From Lenisia limosa (lineage: Eukaryota > Protista > Breviatea), in contig LPNZ01006633.1 in assembly GCA_001655205.1 (NCBI GenBank), forward strand, positions 1 to 51,485: a stretch of 51,485 bases of DNA, written 5' to 3'. Of this stretch, positions 40,598 through 51,485 are shown piece after piece (positions within the stretch are counted from its first letter, which is position 1; every line of letters starts with the position of its first letter). The notes below the pieces were generated by a model. The model was not told where the DNA came from and did not search any database. It worked only from the letters and a program-made list of their open reading frames with translations. The position numbers and the translations under genes were made by a program.

Positions 40598-43425
40598 TCA
40601 TAGCTCTGTAATATAGGCAAGAGCAGCTTGAACTGGAGCACTTGGATTTTCTGCAACGCATTATGGACATGGTTTTTAAGACAAAAAAAAACTGGCCTAC
40701 TTGCATAGTATGACTTCAGCTTGTTTTCTTCAGCAGAAAGCCCCATCTCTCGAAGGTATCCCTGAATAAATGAGACGATATAACATGAATATTAGATATT
40801 ACCCTACCATTGCCTCCTGAAGCAGTTTCTCATTCTTGGGTTCTAGTCCAATAAGTAGGAATACTATTTTCAATACAAACAACAAGTTAAGAAAAGAAGA
40901 ACCATACTATTCCCAAACGTAAGAAGCCCAGCTCTTACGTTTTATGGCAGTTCGAGGTTTCTAGAAAGGTCAAGAAACATTGACAAATTCAAAAAGAAAA
41001 CGCTGCAATTCAAACCTGTAGAGTGGACCTATTCTGCTGGAATTGGGTCCATGCTACATGATAGGCCTTCTTTGATTCAATGGACGCGTTCATGCGATTC
41101 ACTTGACTGAGGAAAGGTACTTCCGGTGATAACAGGAACTGGTTTAGCTGGGCATTCTTGATGTGACCAGCAGATTCCTGAGATATAGCATCTGAAATTG
41201 GTATTCCTTCTAGCTTGCTCTTGAGTTGTTGCAGTTGAGCCATCATATGTTCTTGTACTTTTTTCTGTTGGTCAAATTGCTGAGCATGGCTTGGAACTAA
41301 AGGGCCATTTGGAACCTTGAAGATTAAATAAATATAACAAAATGGTAGTGAGAAAGTAACCCAAATCTAGCTTACAATAGAAGGTACAGGGGACTGAAGT
41401 AGCTTCGGCTTGCAAAGCTGTGCCACCTTCTCTTTGAACGCTTTTTTCTTGTACAGGTTTTCCATTTCCTCACTTGTCGTCATGGCTGCTTCAAAGAGGG
41501 CCTTTGTTCTCTTCCCCAGCAAACTATCTTCAACTACAGGCTTCGCTTTTTTTGCTGCTTTTTTGGCTGAACTAATGTGTGAGCAAATAAAAGTAACTTG
41601 ATATGTCTGTAAACGGCACCAACATTTTGGATTCTTCAATAATCATGCAGTCATCATCTTCAGGCAATCTTCTCTTCTGAACTTGATTTTCCTTAAAAAA
41701 TATAAATAAACAATTACCAAAAAAACAAACCGTTTCATCATCTACAAAATCTTCGTCATCTTCATCAACCTGTTCCTTTCTTTTCCGCAATCTTGCCACT
41801 CTCTTTTGACTCGCTTCTGACGGTTCTGCCTTTTGGGCTGCCGCCTTTTCTTTTGTGGCATTAGCTTTTTCTTCTCTCTTTCTGGCTGCTTCTGCAGCGC
41901 TGGCCAATTTGGCACGCTTTTTCTCTTCTTTTTGCTTTTGCTCTAACTCCTTCCTGGCTTCAGTAATCTCTTCATTCGTATACCATGAATGTTCGAAATT
42001 GCATTCCTTTTTGCTTTTGCTTCGGAGATGAAGAAAGGCATCACGCCACGCATTGTGCTCTTCAACAGTATCATCGCCAAAAGAAGAGAAGAAATTTTGA
42101 AGCGCTAAGTTGATTCGGCTCACCATAATGTCATTTTTCTCCATATTATCAGGAGCCTGTGTACACCATTAATAGAAGAAAGATTGAACCAACGAATCAT
42201 ATTGAAAAAAGATTGAGGCTTCAGACCAATAGAACCTTTTATTTTTCTTATTTCAACATGCTGAGGTTTTATATTCATATATAAATATGTAGAGATGAGA
42301 AATATAAATAGGTAGTGGCTGACCGTCTACACCATCACGCCTATAGGAGCTATTGAATTATAAATAGCGAGTGCTTCACTTCAGTGAAAAAAAAGACTAA
42401 TAAAATATGATACTATTTATCAAAGATTTATCCAAGAGTGATTCCCTGAAAATAGCACACATACTATGCGCCTCCATAAAAGCTCACATAGTGAATCCCC
42501 AAATACCTCATTTGTGGCTGGATCTCCTTTGAAAAACGTCTTTTTGGAACGAAGCAGTTTTGGCCTATAAAAATAAAATAACCCAACAAAGTACAATAGT
42601 ATTACAGCCCACCTAAAGGGAAGGAATCCTAATGGGTATCCATTAAGGGGATCGTTGTCCTTCTCAGAGTAAATAAACGCGCCAGTCACAGGAATGTAAG
42701 GACTTGATTTGATATCTTTTGCAATACGCTTCACCTGTCGTGCTGTTTGGAAGTGGATGTCATTCAAGGCCGAAGGGCCCGGAACTGACTCGCTATTGAC
42801 GTTCAGGATCGGGCAACACGGAAAAGCAATATTCTGACTTATTGTATCAGGCCATATGGTCGTTTCATAAATATGGGTACTTTCAGAAAAGGGTGGCGGA
42901 TCTGCTGCAATTTTTTGTGGTTCTTCAAGACAAAATGCTGAGATGGGGTTTGTCGTCCCTAGGGGGGGGGGGNNNNNNNNNNNNNNNNNNNNNNNNNNNN
43001 NNNNNNNNNNNNNNNNNNNNNNNNNNNNNNNNNNNNNNNNNNNNNNNNNNNNNNNNNNNNNTCTGATAAAACAGATTTCGCCTACCAGCAGTCTTGGTGA
43101 GGTTACATAGGTTCACCACTTTCTGTGCATGGCTATCTGAAATCTAAACACAATAAATAATAATAAAAAAAAAACGCAAACATTGGTTGGCTGTAAGTGG
43201 ATTAACTCATCAATGCTGTCAAAGGGGATACAAACACTAAAGCAATGAGAGGAAAACAAAGCCGTACTTTTGCTGGTAGTTATGGAGTAAGTTATGAACA
43301 GTTCTTATATGTTCATCAGTCTTGGAGTTAAAGCCATCTGTTTGGTTCTGCCGCTGACAAGATCTGCGACGATTCGAGGCAACCTCAACCACAGACGTAA
43401 CAGGGGTTTGTCGAGAGGAAGACAT
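40598..43425 (-). CDS. Hypothetical protein with a central Lys/Glu/Ala coiled coil and a C-terminal UBA-like helical motif; start tentative
   Basis: Long exons at 42420-42880 and 41730-42160 (ARKELEQKQKEEKKRAKLASAAEAARKREEK). The spliced end is EKLLQEAM|GYLREMGLSAEENKLKSYYA|KNPSAPVQAALAYITEL* (TGA 40598-40600), which has the L.EMG...A..YI pattern of UBA domains. Confidence 0.55.
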
Positions 43426-43766
43426 GCTTCTTCCAGTCTTCTTTTCTTCTTCCGCACTACTCTTATTTTTGTGTCTTGTTTCTTCGCGGGAAAAAGGGGG
43501 GGGGGGGCAGCGGTAGCACCGGGCGTGCCAAAATATATTTTGCAACACAAAATAGGCATAGACACAAACCAGAAGTTGACCAGAAGAGAACTGCAGAAGA
43601 AGACGAAACAAAAACATCAACAAGAAGAACCAAACATAACATATCGTCGTCCCCTCCACTCACCATCAACCGTCACCATCACTACCCGTCACCAAAGAGG
43701 ATGAAAATCGTCTGAGAGCTGATGCAATGTATTTCCATCAATTCTATTTAAGCAACCAACGTTGAG

Positions 43767-46700
43767 ATGCAGTATGGTTATCATGGCATCATGGACGAGC
43801 CGTCCTTTGATTCTCTTGACAATGAACCACCTATTCTTCCAGCAAGCCTTAACCGTGGCGTTCCCTCAGTTTTTAACGTTCCTTCGGGCCTACCTAGTAC
43901 TTCCACTGCAAGGATTTTCCCCTCTCCACCGGGTATGATGTTGATCGTAATGACTGATGATTGATAGTATATTTGTAACGTTCCAGTTGTTGGCGGGCCG
44001 TCGCCAGTCATTTTTCCTCCCAGCTCCATTCTTCAAGAGTCCCCTTTGCCTCCAGTTTGTGGAGATACATAAGTTTTAGTATGACACCATCCTTTGTTTG
44101 TTACAGTATGGTCCTGCCATTACATACCAGGGGGTGCCAGCGGTGGTACCGACTCTCCCTCCAATTGCAGTTGCCTCTAAAGGGCTCAGCCTCCCCCCAA
44201 TCCCTCCTGTCAACCCCCCATATGTGTCCCCTGCTGTAGATCACAAAAGCCAGAGTGTTTCGTTGCCGCCAATCTCAGGTAGGTAGTTTGGTCTTCTAGA
44301 CCACAAAATTGACTTCGAGGGGGGAGGGGGTAGAAATTATATTAATGGATTGAGTATTTCTCACAACGTGGAGGGAGTAATGTTTTTCAGACTGTTTGAA
44401 GATTAGAAATACACCAAACTTGACTGATAGATAACCCAAATTAATATATGTCCAATATTATGAACTTATTTATTGGACGCATATTTGTCAGGAACCTTAT
44501 GAGACAAGTTGGCATCATTTTGACGGGCCCAGGTCTCCCCCCTCTTGTGGCTGAGCCCAAAGAGCCGCCGCGAACCGAAACAGTTGCAAAGGTAGAACCC
44601 GCACCCTCAGTAGCCCAGCCTGTTTTGGGTGATGTGGAAGTTGGAATGTTTGGAGGTAAGCTCAACCAGGTAAGACGTGACGTTCAGGGTGGTTGGAGCA
44701 AGCTGCCCGTGCCGCGAACCAACCAGTCCAGCAAGGGGCCGCTCCTCAAGTTGGTGGTCATAGTTCTTGGCTCATCATCTAGGCTAATATTGACCCCAAT
44801 ATGCAAGCTATGATGATGCAAATGCAAATGATGTCTCGGCAAAACATGCCTGACCCTGCAACACAAGCTCTGGTGGGCGAGGTGATAGATCAAGGTATCT
44901 TGAATATATATTGTATCATACGACATATAATATCTTTCGGATTATATAATATGGTAACCTGCAAGCATAATCACGATTATTTAATTCTGATTTTTCAGTT
45001 ACGGGAGCAAGCAGCCAAAATCCAGCAACTGTGAGATTAAATTAGTATTGGCTCTCTCATATGTTTAGAATGGCTTCTCAAAAAGAAAAAGAGAGCAAAA
45101 AGTCAAAGAAAGAAGACAAAAAAGACAAGGGGGCAATGAAAAAGAAACACAGAGTGGGTTTTGCCAAGATCTGATATTTTTGGGGTATCTGATAATTTTG
45201 TTATGGGAGGAAAGGGGGCGGGGGTGTACATGCTTTGAATAGATGGATAATTAGAATATAATTACTATTTTGTTGACGACTTTTAGTATATATATTTCTC
45301 AATCATTTCAATGAAAGAAGTTAATTTTCAGTGTATCACGTCGCTGCTGGTAGACATGCCATAATTTACATAACAAGTATTGTGACTTCTTGTTTTACTC
45401 ATTCTTCAGAACGACTCGGACTCTGATGAGGACTATCATCATTCCAGCTCGAAGAGACGAGGCAGTCGGGCAGTGCATTTTCATCGTATGTTTGTTCGTT
45501 AGCGTCACTTTCTAGAGCATGGTGATGAAGGAGCTGGACATGTCAGCTCTGCACATGCTGCTGAGATGGTAGGATTCAATACCTTTGTTATCTTGGAGGC
45601 TGAAATGAGACGAATGATTGAAGAAGAAAAACGAAAACGTTTGGAGTTAGAAAACAAAACAAAAGAAGAGGAAATGAAGAGGAAAGAAGAGGAAAGAAAA
45701 AGGTTGGTGATTATGGTATGTAATAGTTTGCTTTTTTTCTATTTCCAAATCAAACTCTTCAGAAAAGAAGAAGAAGCAAAAAAGAAAGAGGAGGAGGAGC
45801 GCAGAATTGAAGAAGAAAAAAGACTAGAAGAAGAAAAGAAAAAGGTAAGGTGTGTTCTTTTTCAATTCACCCAATAGGAAGAAGAAGAGGCTTTGGAAAA
45901 AGAAGAGGAGGAAAGGGCCAAGCTCGAAAAAGAAAGATTGGAAGCTGAAGCAAACGAGCAACAAAATGAAGAAATGGAAATTGTGAGTTGGAAAACGTTT
46001 ACTACAGAAATCCTGTCTTTTTGGAACAGAGAAGTACAAATTCCACCCACTTTTTAATTTGCTGGAAACAGTTACGTTTCAGAGTCCTGATGGTGTTCCA
46101 ATGGTTGTAGCCGGGCGTAATAGAGAAATGGATGAAGTTTGAAGGGGCTGGGTATTGACAATACTAAAACTATGCTAACTTTTACTTTTTAGGAAAGAAG
46201 ACAGAAGATGTTAAAATTTAAATCTGCTGCGCTGGCGGCCTTTTTTAAGGGTGCTGGAAATGATGATCTGGCAGGCAAGGTGGAAAAACTTCGATTGGAT
46301 GACCTGACAAAGGATTTGGGACAAAACATGAAAGTAAAGAAAACCACTGTCCAAATTTTTACCGTTCAGATCACCTTACAATGGTTGAAAAAGTGCTCAG
46401 AAAAAACGCTGAAACCGTTCATCATGACACTTAAAAATCTTCATGTGAGAACGCCCGTCTTTCTTTAACAAATCAGGTAACAAAACCAACCGGCCTGGGA
46501 AGGGCATCATCAAGAAGAAAAAAGGCCCTGGCTATCACAGCTATTGTCAAAGAAATCCTGACCAATATTCTTGAAGTTTGTTGAGATACTATTAGGATTC
46601 ACAATATAGACACCGCCGAGTGAATTACCGCGTGGAATCCTGCCTTTTATCATAAGACTCACGAGGAAGGGAGCAGTTTTGCCGAAAGGGTATCTCTTCA

Positions 46701-48949
46701 AATCGGAGAAAGTATGTCACCTTGAAAGCCATTCTTAGTCAACAGGAACTTCTTCCCGAGTTTGTCCGGCCTGAAGGGTTGCCAGAGTTGGATAACACTG
46801 ACAAGAGGATGCTCATGATCAACTTTATTTTTAGTCGAGTCTTGGTTGCCCAGGTATGCGTATAAAGTCATAATTGTAATACTACATAATACATAGACAG
46901 TATATGTCATATTCATTTCTAATAATATAATAATATGACTTTTCCTTTAGATAATATCATAATACTATGATATGAATATGATATGCATCTATTATTGAGT
47001 CAATGTGAAAATGTTCTTGATAGCAATTTTGTAACTAGTATCTAATCTTGTGATACTTTTGACTATTAGGTTATTTCAAAACCATGGCTTTGCGAAATTG
47101 GACCCAATATGAAACCGCCACCTCTTGTTCTCATTAATTTATCGCATGTTGCTACTCTCTTTGATAGTTGGTGGAATCTTGGTGTTTGTTTTAATAGTTA
47201 TTTCGTGTTGGATAAAGTAAGAAAATGTCATACAAACAAAAAGAGTCTGTTTCTTTGTGATCAATTCAGGACTTGTTCGAGGGGCAATTCCCGATGATGA
47301 AATGGAAGAGGAAGTAGGTTTATTTCAATTTGTGACAATTTCAGCCAGTTGACCCTGAAATGATGCAAATGTTCCTCCCGATTGATGATGGTAACTACTT
47401 CCTGTCTTTGTGCGAGGATTTTATTGCGGAATACGAGGTTTGCTGCATTCTTCTGTTACCACGCAGGACAAGCTCCGGGAATGGTGTGACCTAGTGCTTG
47501 ACGCTGCTCATAATCCCAACAACCCCATGAAAGTAGATTCCTCTCACAACTGTGACTTTCTAGCAAGAGCAAGCGGATAGAGCCGAATTTCTTCGGAAGC
47601 AAAATCCTGAAGCACCATTCAAAGAGCTGGAAATTAGGTGCTATATATGTGTATATATTTGTGAATTTCCCTGTTTTTTTAGGCAGTTGTGTGGTTAAAT
47701 CATTTCTGTACTCAGAGCTTTCCAAAACAAAACCAAATAACCTGTGTAGGGTTGAAACTGGGACAGTGGGTTCATTTCCTCATGGGTAAGATGGATGCCT
47801 GGGAGGTATTGCAAAGCTCTCTTGAAATGCTGCTTTGGGCTGCATTTCGAACACGGTTAAACGAACAGGGGATTTGGAGGGGCCACATGCTTCGACGTCA
47901 ACCCGCCGCCGCCAAACCAGCCGCGTCCGACCCGAAATGCTTCAAGTCGGTCACCAACACCGCCACCTGTGCCTAGGGACCACTCCTACTTCCAAACAGA
48001 CAGCGAGGGTGAAGAAGGGTTTGGCAGGATGTTGTGCTGGTTTTATGTTATAGTGAGCCGATACGAAGCAAAAGCAAGGCCAAGCGGTCCCAAAGCAGAT
48101 CGGATGATAAGTATGAAGGGACTGAAATTTTCATTTAGCCTGCTTTTGGCTTTTTCGATTCTTTTGTTCTCTATTTAATATTGTAGTCACCGTAGCAAAA
48201 GTCGAACAGACCGTTCACCAAGGTAGGATGGTAGTAGATGTGATCTATTGTAGCTCTCCGGAACCAAGAAGCAAAAGCCGCAAGTCTAACGGACGGTAAG
48301 CATCAGAATATAACTTATTATCTAGAACGACAAGAGAAACAGACCGGTCGCCTTCACGTTCACCGCCACCCCCACAAAGGTTAGTCAGCTCCCTTATTTT
48401 ACAATGTAGAGGCAAATCAAGACCAGCATCAACATCTCCGCCGCGAAATCGCTCAACAAGTCGAAACAACAGAGATAGAGACAGGGATAAGGATAGGGAC
48501 AGAGACAGGGATAGGGACAGGAACAGTAAGAGAGATAGAAATGTTAGTAGGAGCGATAGAGATCGAGAGAAGGACAGAACTCGTGAAAGAGGAAAGGATA
48601 GAGAGTGGCGTGATGATGACAAAGACAGAAGAAGAGATGAAGGAAGAAGTAGGAATCGAGATAGGAATCGAGATAGGGACAGAGATAGGGATAAGGATAG
48701 AGACAGGGACAGGGACAGGGATAGAGGCAGAGAGAGAGATAGAGGAAGAGACAGAGGCAGGGAAAGAGGAAGGGATAGAGATAGAGGAAGAGAAGGAGAT
48801 GAAGACGATTATGACCAAGTTGACGATGAGCATGCTGACGACGCCCGAGGTCAAAGAGGACGGTTTGTTAACACGTGGAGATGTAACACCCCAGATATGG
48901 TCGAGCGGACAAAGCCAAATGGCCAGCGGCAAAGACAAGACATAGATAA
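43767..48949 (+). CDS. Large hypothetical protein: Pro-rich N-terminus, Glu/Lys coiled coil, globular middle and RD/RS-rich tail (may be two genes)
   Basis: Exons chain in frame from EPPILPASLNRGVP through KRKRLELENKTKEEEMKRKEEE, ITLQWLKKCSEKTLKPFI, KRMLMINFIFSRVLVAQ, VISKPWLCEIG and DKLREWCDLVL to RDRDRDKDRDRD. Ends KWPAAKTRHR* (TAA 48947-48949). Confidence 0.55.
48470..48800 (+). repeat. Purine-rich coding low-complexity repeat encoding Arg-Asp/Arg-Glu dipeptides
   Basis: gatagggacagagacagggatagg-type hexamer reiteration. Confidence 0.9.
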
Positions 48950-49022
48950 CCAACTACTGGCCAGTATTAAGCTCCTTTTTGTGAGTGAAATTGAAATACA
49001 GATCAGATTCTATCAATTCAGT

Positions 49023-51485
49023 TTAAAGAGGCTTGCGTGTCACTACCCAAACTCCACTGTTAGAGCCAGTAGATAAAACAATTTCTTCTCCAGGATACTC
49101 ACCAAACTGGAATATTAAAAAAATTTTGACATAACTTCACAACATACTTTAGCAATAACTGTTCCAGTAACTCCACACGCTTTATAAGAGTCTAGGCCAT
49201 TACCGGCAACATATACTGCGTTATTGTCACATGCTAAGAGTATTAGCTTTTATACCATAGCCTTACCGCCGTGGAAATACAAATCATCATGGTTTGCGCC
49301 AATGTTGGTGATTCTAATCAGTAAAAGGCCAAGAAGAATCACCTTGAACAACCCAGTTCTTGAAACTTTGAAGACATGAGTTTTGGACTGGTGACATCAG
49401 ACTTGAAATATGGGATTTCCCCCCAAGTGTAAATGTCGTTGGATTCGCAGTTAATAAAAAAAAGACAAACCCGTGATGACAGCACATTGGGAACATGAAC
49501 AAGTCATCTTAGTAGGTTTAAGTGATTCAATTGTCTTTGCAGAAACCCATCCTCTGAAGTGTAAATCTACTAGGTCATTGATAACTTACGAAGTCCATCC
49601 AATGATCTGGGAGCAGATTTCTTGATCATTACGTCCACGACAATAGATGTTTCCATTACCTACGAACATGATGCTCTGTCATATGAACAAATGAGAAAAA
49701 GGAGATAATTACACACTAAAATTTGTCGTTGTGTCAACTTACTTGTTTTGTAGAAAGCAGTGTAAGTTGATCCCGTGGTCAAAAAGGTGCCATAAGGACT
49801 ACAACGTCAGACGACTTCCTTTAGTTTTAACCCCTACTCCAAATTGGGCATTGAAATGATACCAGTTGTGGTGGTGGATTTTTCCTCGGGTTTCATGAAC
49901 TCTGATGTGGAGTAGACATCATAAACAAGAGCCTTTCCTGTGTCTATTGAAGTCAGTTCATCAAAAGTCTCCAAAACATACCAAGAATAGCAAACCACAT
50001 GTGTCCGATATAGTGTACCGTGACAACACGGGGGCCAATAGGGGTCTTTGTTTCAGTCAAATAGTGTAAAATTATCACTCACATAGAAATAAAAGCCATC
50101 CTTATTTTCGGAATAAGATAATTCGGTTGGAAACCTAGTTGCAAGTGCAGCACTAGTGGAGATAACTCTACCATCCACTAAATCAATAATTGCATTGAAG
50201 AATGCGGCCCACTTAGCACTCCACCAAATAACGAGAATCCGGTTGATGCAGAAGATAGAGTACCCATATCAAACATGTTATCAAGACCCGAAGTAATTGC
50301 TCTCACAGTGTCATCTAAAAAATTAAGTACTCCTGGAGTTAACAAACTGCTATTGAATAAAACAGCAGTTTCGTAAGACAGAGACGCTGCGACAATTTCA
50401 TTTCCCAATGAGGCCTTGGAGGTAAGACATAAAAGAGCCAACAGATACATCCACCGGAGAAGACGTAGCTGATGGCACAAAATGATTATTAGCACAGGTT
50501 CGCACTGAAGAGAAAATGAAAACAAAGGGAATATTTACTTGTCAGGAAAGATGACGTTTCAACACATGATGGCTTAGTGTCCCAACCAGAGGAAACTGTG
50601 CAAGAAAACTGAGGGTAAGAATACGATTGCTGTACTATTTGGAAAGATGTCTAATGCAAAAGAATATGATGCTAAAAGGAGAGTTGGCTGTGTTCACCTG
50701 GGGTTGTGGGGAGGAAGTCATTCTTGTTGGGCACATCAGATGGCATCTTCTTGACCCTTGAGAGTAAAACCTGGTATGTAGCAAAATGAAAATAATAAAG
50801 AGTGTATAAATATTTACATATCATATCCAAACTGCAAATTGATAAAAAGAGCCATTGTGATTATTTGCAATCACCTCGTAACCGTAATAAAGGGGGATCC
50901 ATACAAATAATATTTATTGTGCTCCTATTATTACTCATGTAATAATACTACTTCCTAAAAACAAGTGACATTTGGTTACGATGTTTTCAGTGTAACGTAA
51001 TCATTCCAACGCACAACAAAAGGTAAAAACAATGGATGTTCCATTGGCTGTGCAAGGCAATTTGTGATTAATATTGATGTAAGGGTGTAGTTACAATCAG
51101 GTAAAAAACAACAACAATAAAAAGAGGGCAATCCAAGCAAACCATCTCCTTCAAGAGGGAGGCATGTCACTGTCCCAATGTCTGTTGTTGGTGTCACCGC
51201 ACACTTGAACACTAAATCCAGAGTAAGAGCTACCCTTGGGGGAAGATCCCACAATTGAAGACATCTGTCAGAACAGGGGCGGTACTTCCAGGTACAAAGG
51301 CTGCTTCAATCTCACCGGCACTATTACTAAACAAAAATGAGTGCAACACACTCAACTATGAACCTGGTTGTAGGATATGATTGAATTCTTGAAAGATAAA
51401 ATGAACTCCATATTTCGATTTCTTTCTTATATTGGGCTTACATCGAAATGGGAGTGCAGAATGAGATGCTAAGAATCAGGACAAT
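49023..51485 (-). CDS. Hypothetical multi-exon protein with RCC1/BLIP-II-like motifs; 5' part probably outside the window
   Basis: Exon peptides SIMFVGNGNIYCRGRND, NHDDLYFHG, CDNNAVYVAGNG, and a terminal FGEYPGEEIVLSTGSNSGVWVVTRKPL* (TAA 49023-49025). Upstream exon joins are ambiguous. Confidence 0.45.

Noticed and set aside
50400-50450. MYLLALLCLTSKASLG as a signal peptide starting a separate gene
   Set aside because: It overlaps a plausible 34-nt GT-AG intron that links upstream exons, so the start cannot be supported.
50705-50775. Sushi-like GFTLKGQEDAI followed by TGA, suggesting stop-codon recoding
   Set aside because: Another frame is open with compatible splice phase, and TGA ends PIP5K and the UBA-like gene normally.

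Overview
This is nuclear DNA from an intron-dense eukaryote, probably a flagellated protist (inferred from a CATIP-like gene). It is not prokaryotic or viral. TAA, TAG and TGA all serve as stops, consistent with the standard code. Genes had to be rebuilt by hand across short GT-AG introns, so the supplied ORF track is mostly exon fragments or antisense shadows. About 14 tightly packed genes were found. In order: BRCT protein (-, runs off the left edge), CATIP-like (+), PIP5K (-), acidic hypothetical (-), SKI3/TTC37 (+), ankyrin-repeat protein (+), VPS4 (-), type I membrane protein with Fn3-associated/CHB_HEX_C-like repeats (+), small multi-TM protein (-), BiP (-), PC4/SUB1-like (+), coiled-coil plus UBA-like protein (-), Pro-rich/coiled-coil/RD-rich protein (+), and RCC1-like protein (-, runs off the right edge). 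There are nine N gaps. I found no supportable tRNA, rRNA, CRISPR array or transposon, and no clearly new multi-gene system. The best leads are: short tandem duplications that repeatedly copy splice sites (including a 5x hairpin array in a CATIP intron), a BiP ending in DYEL, a degenerate GTnnG donor consensus, and the CHB_HEX_C-repeat surface protein. All exon structures are inferred by eye, and gene ends are approximate unless stated.
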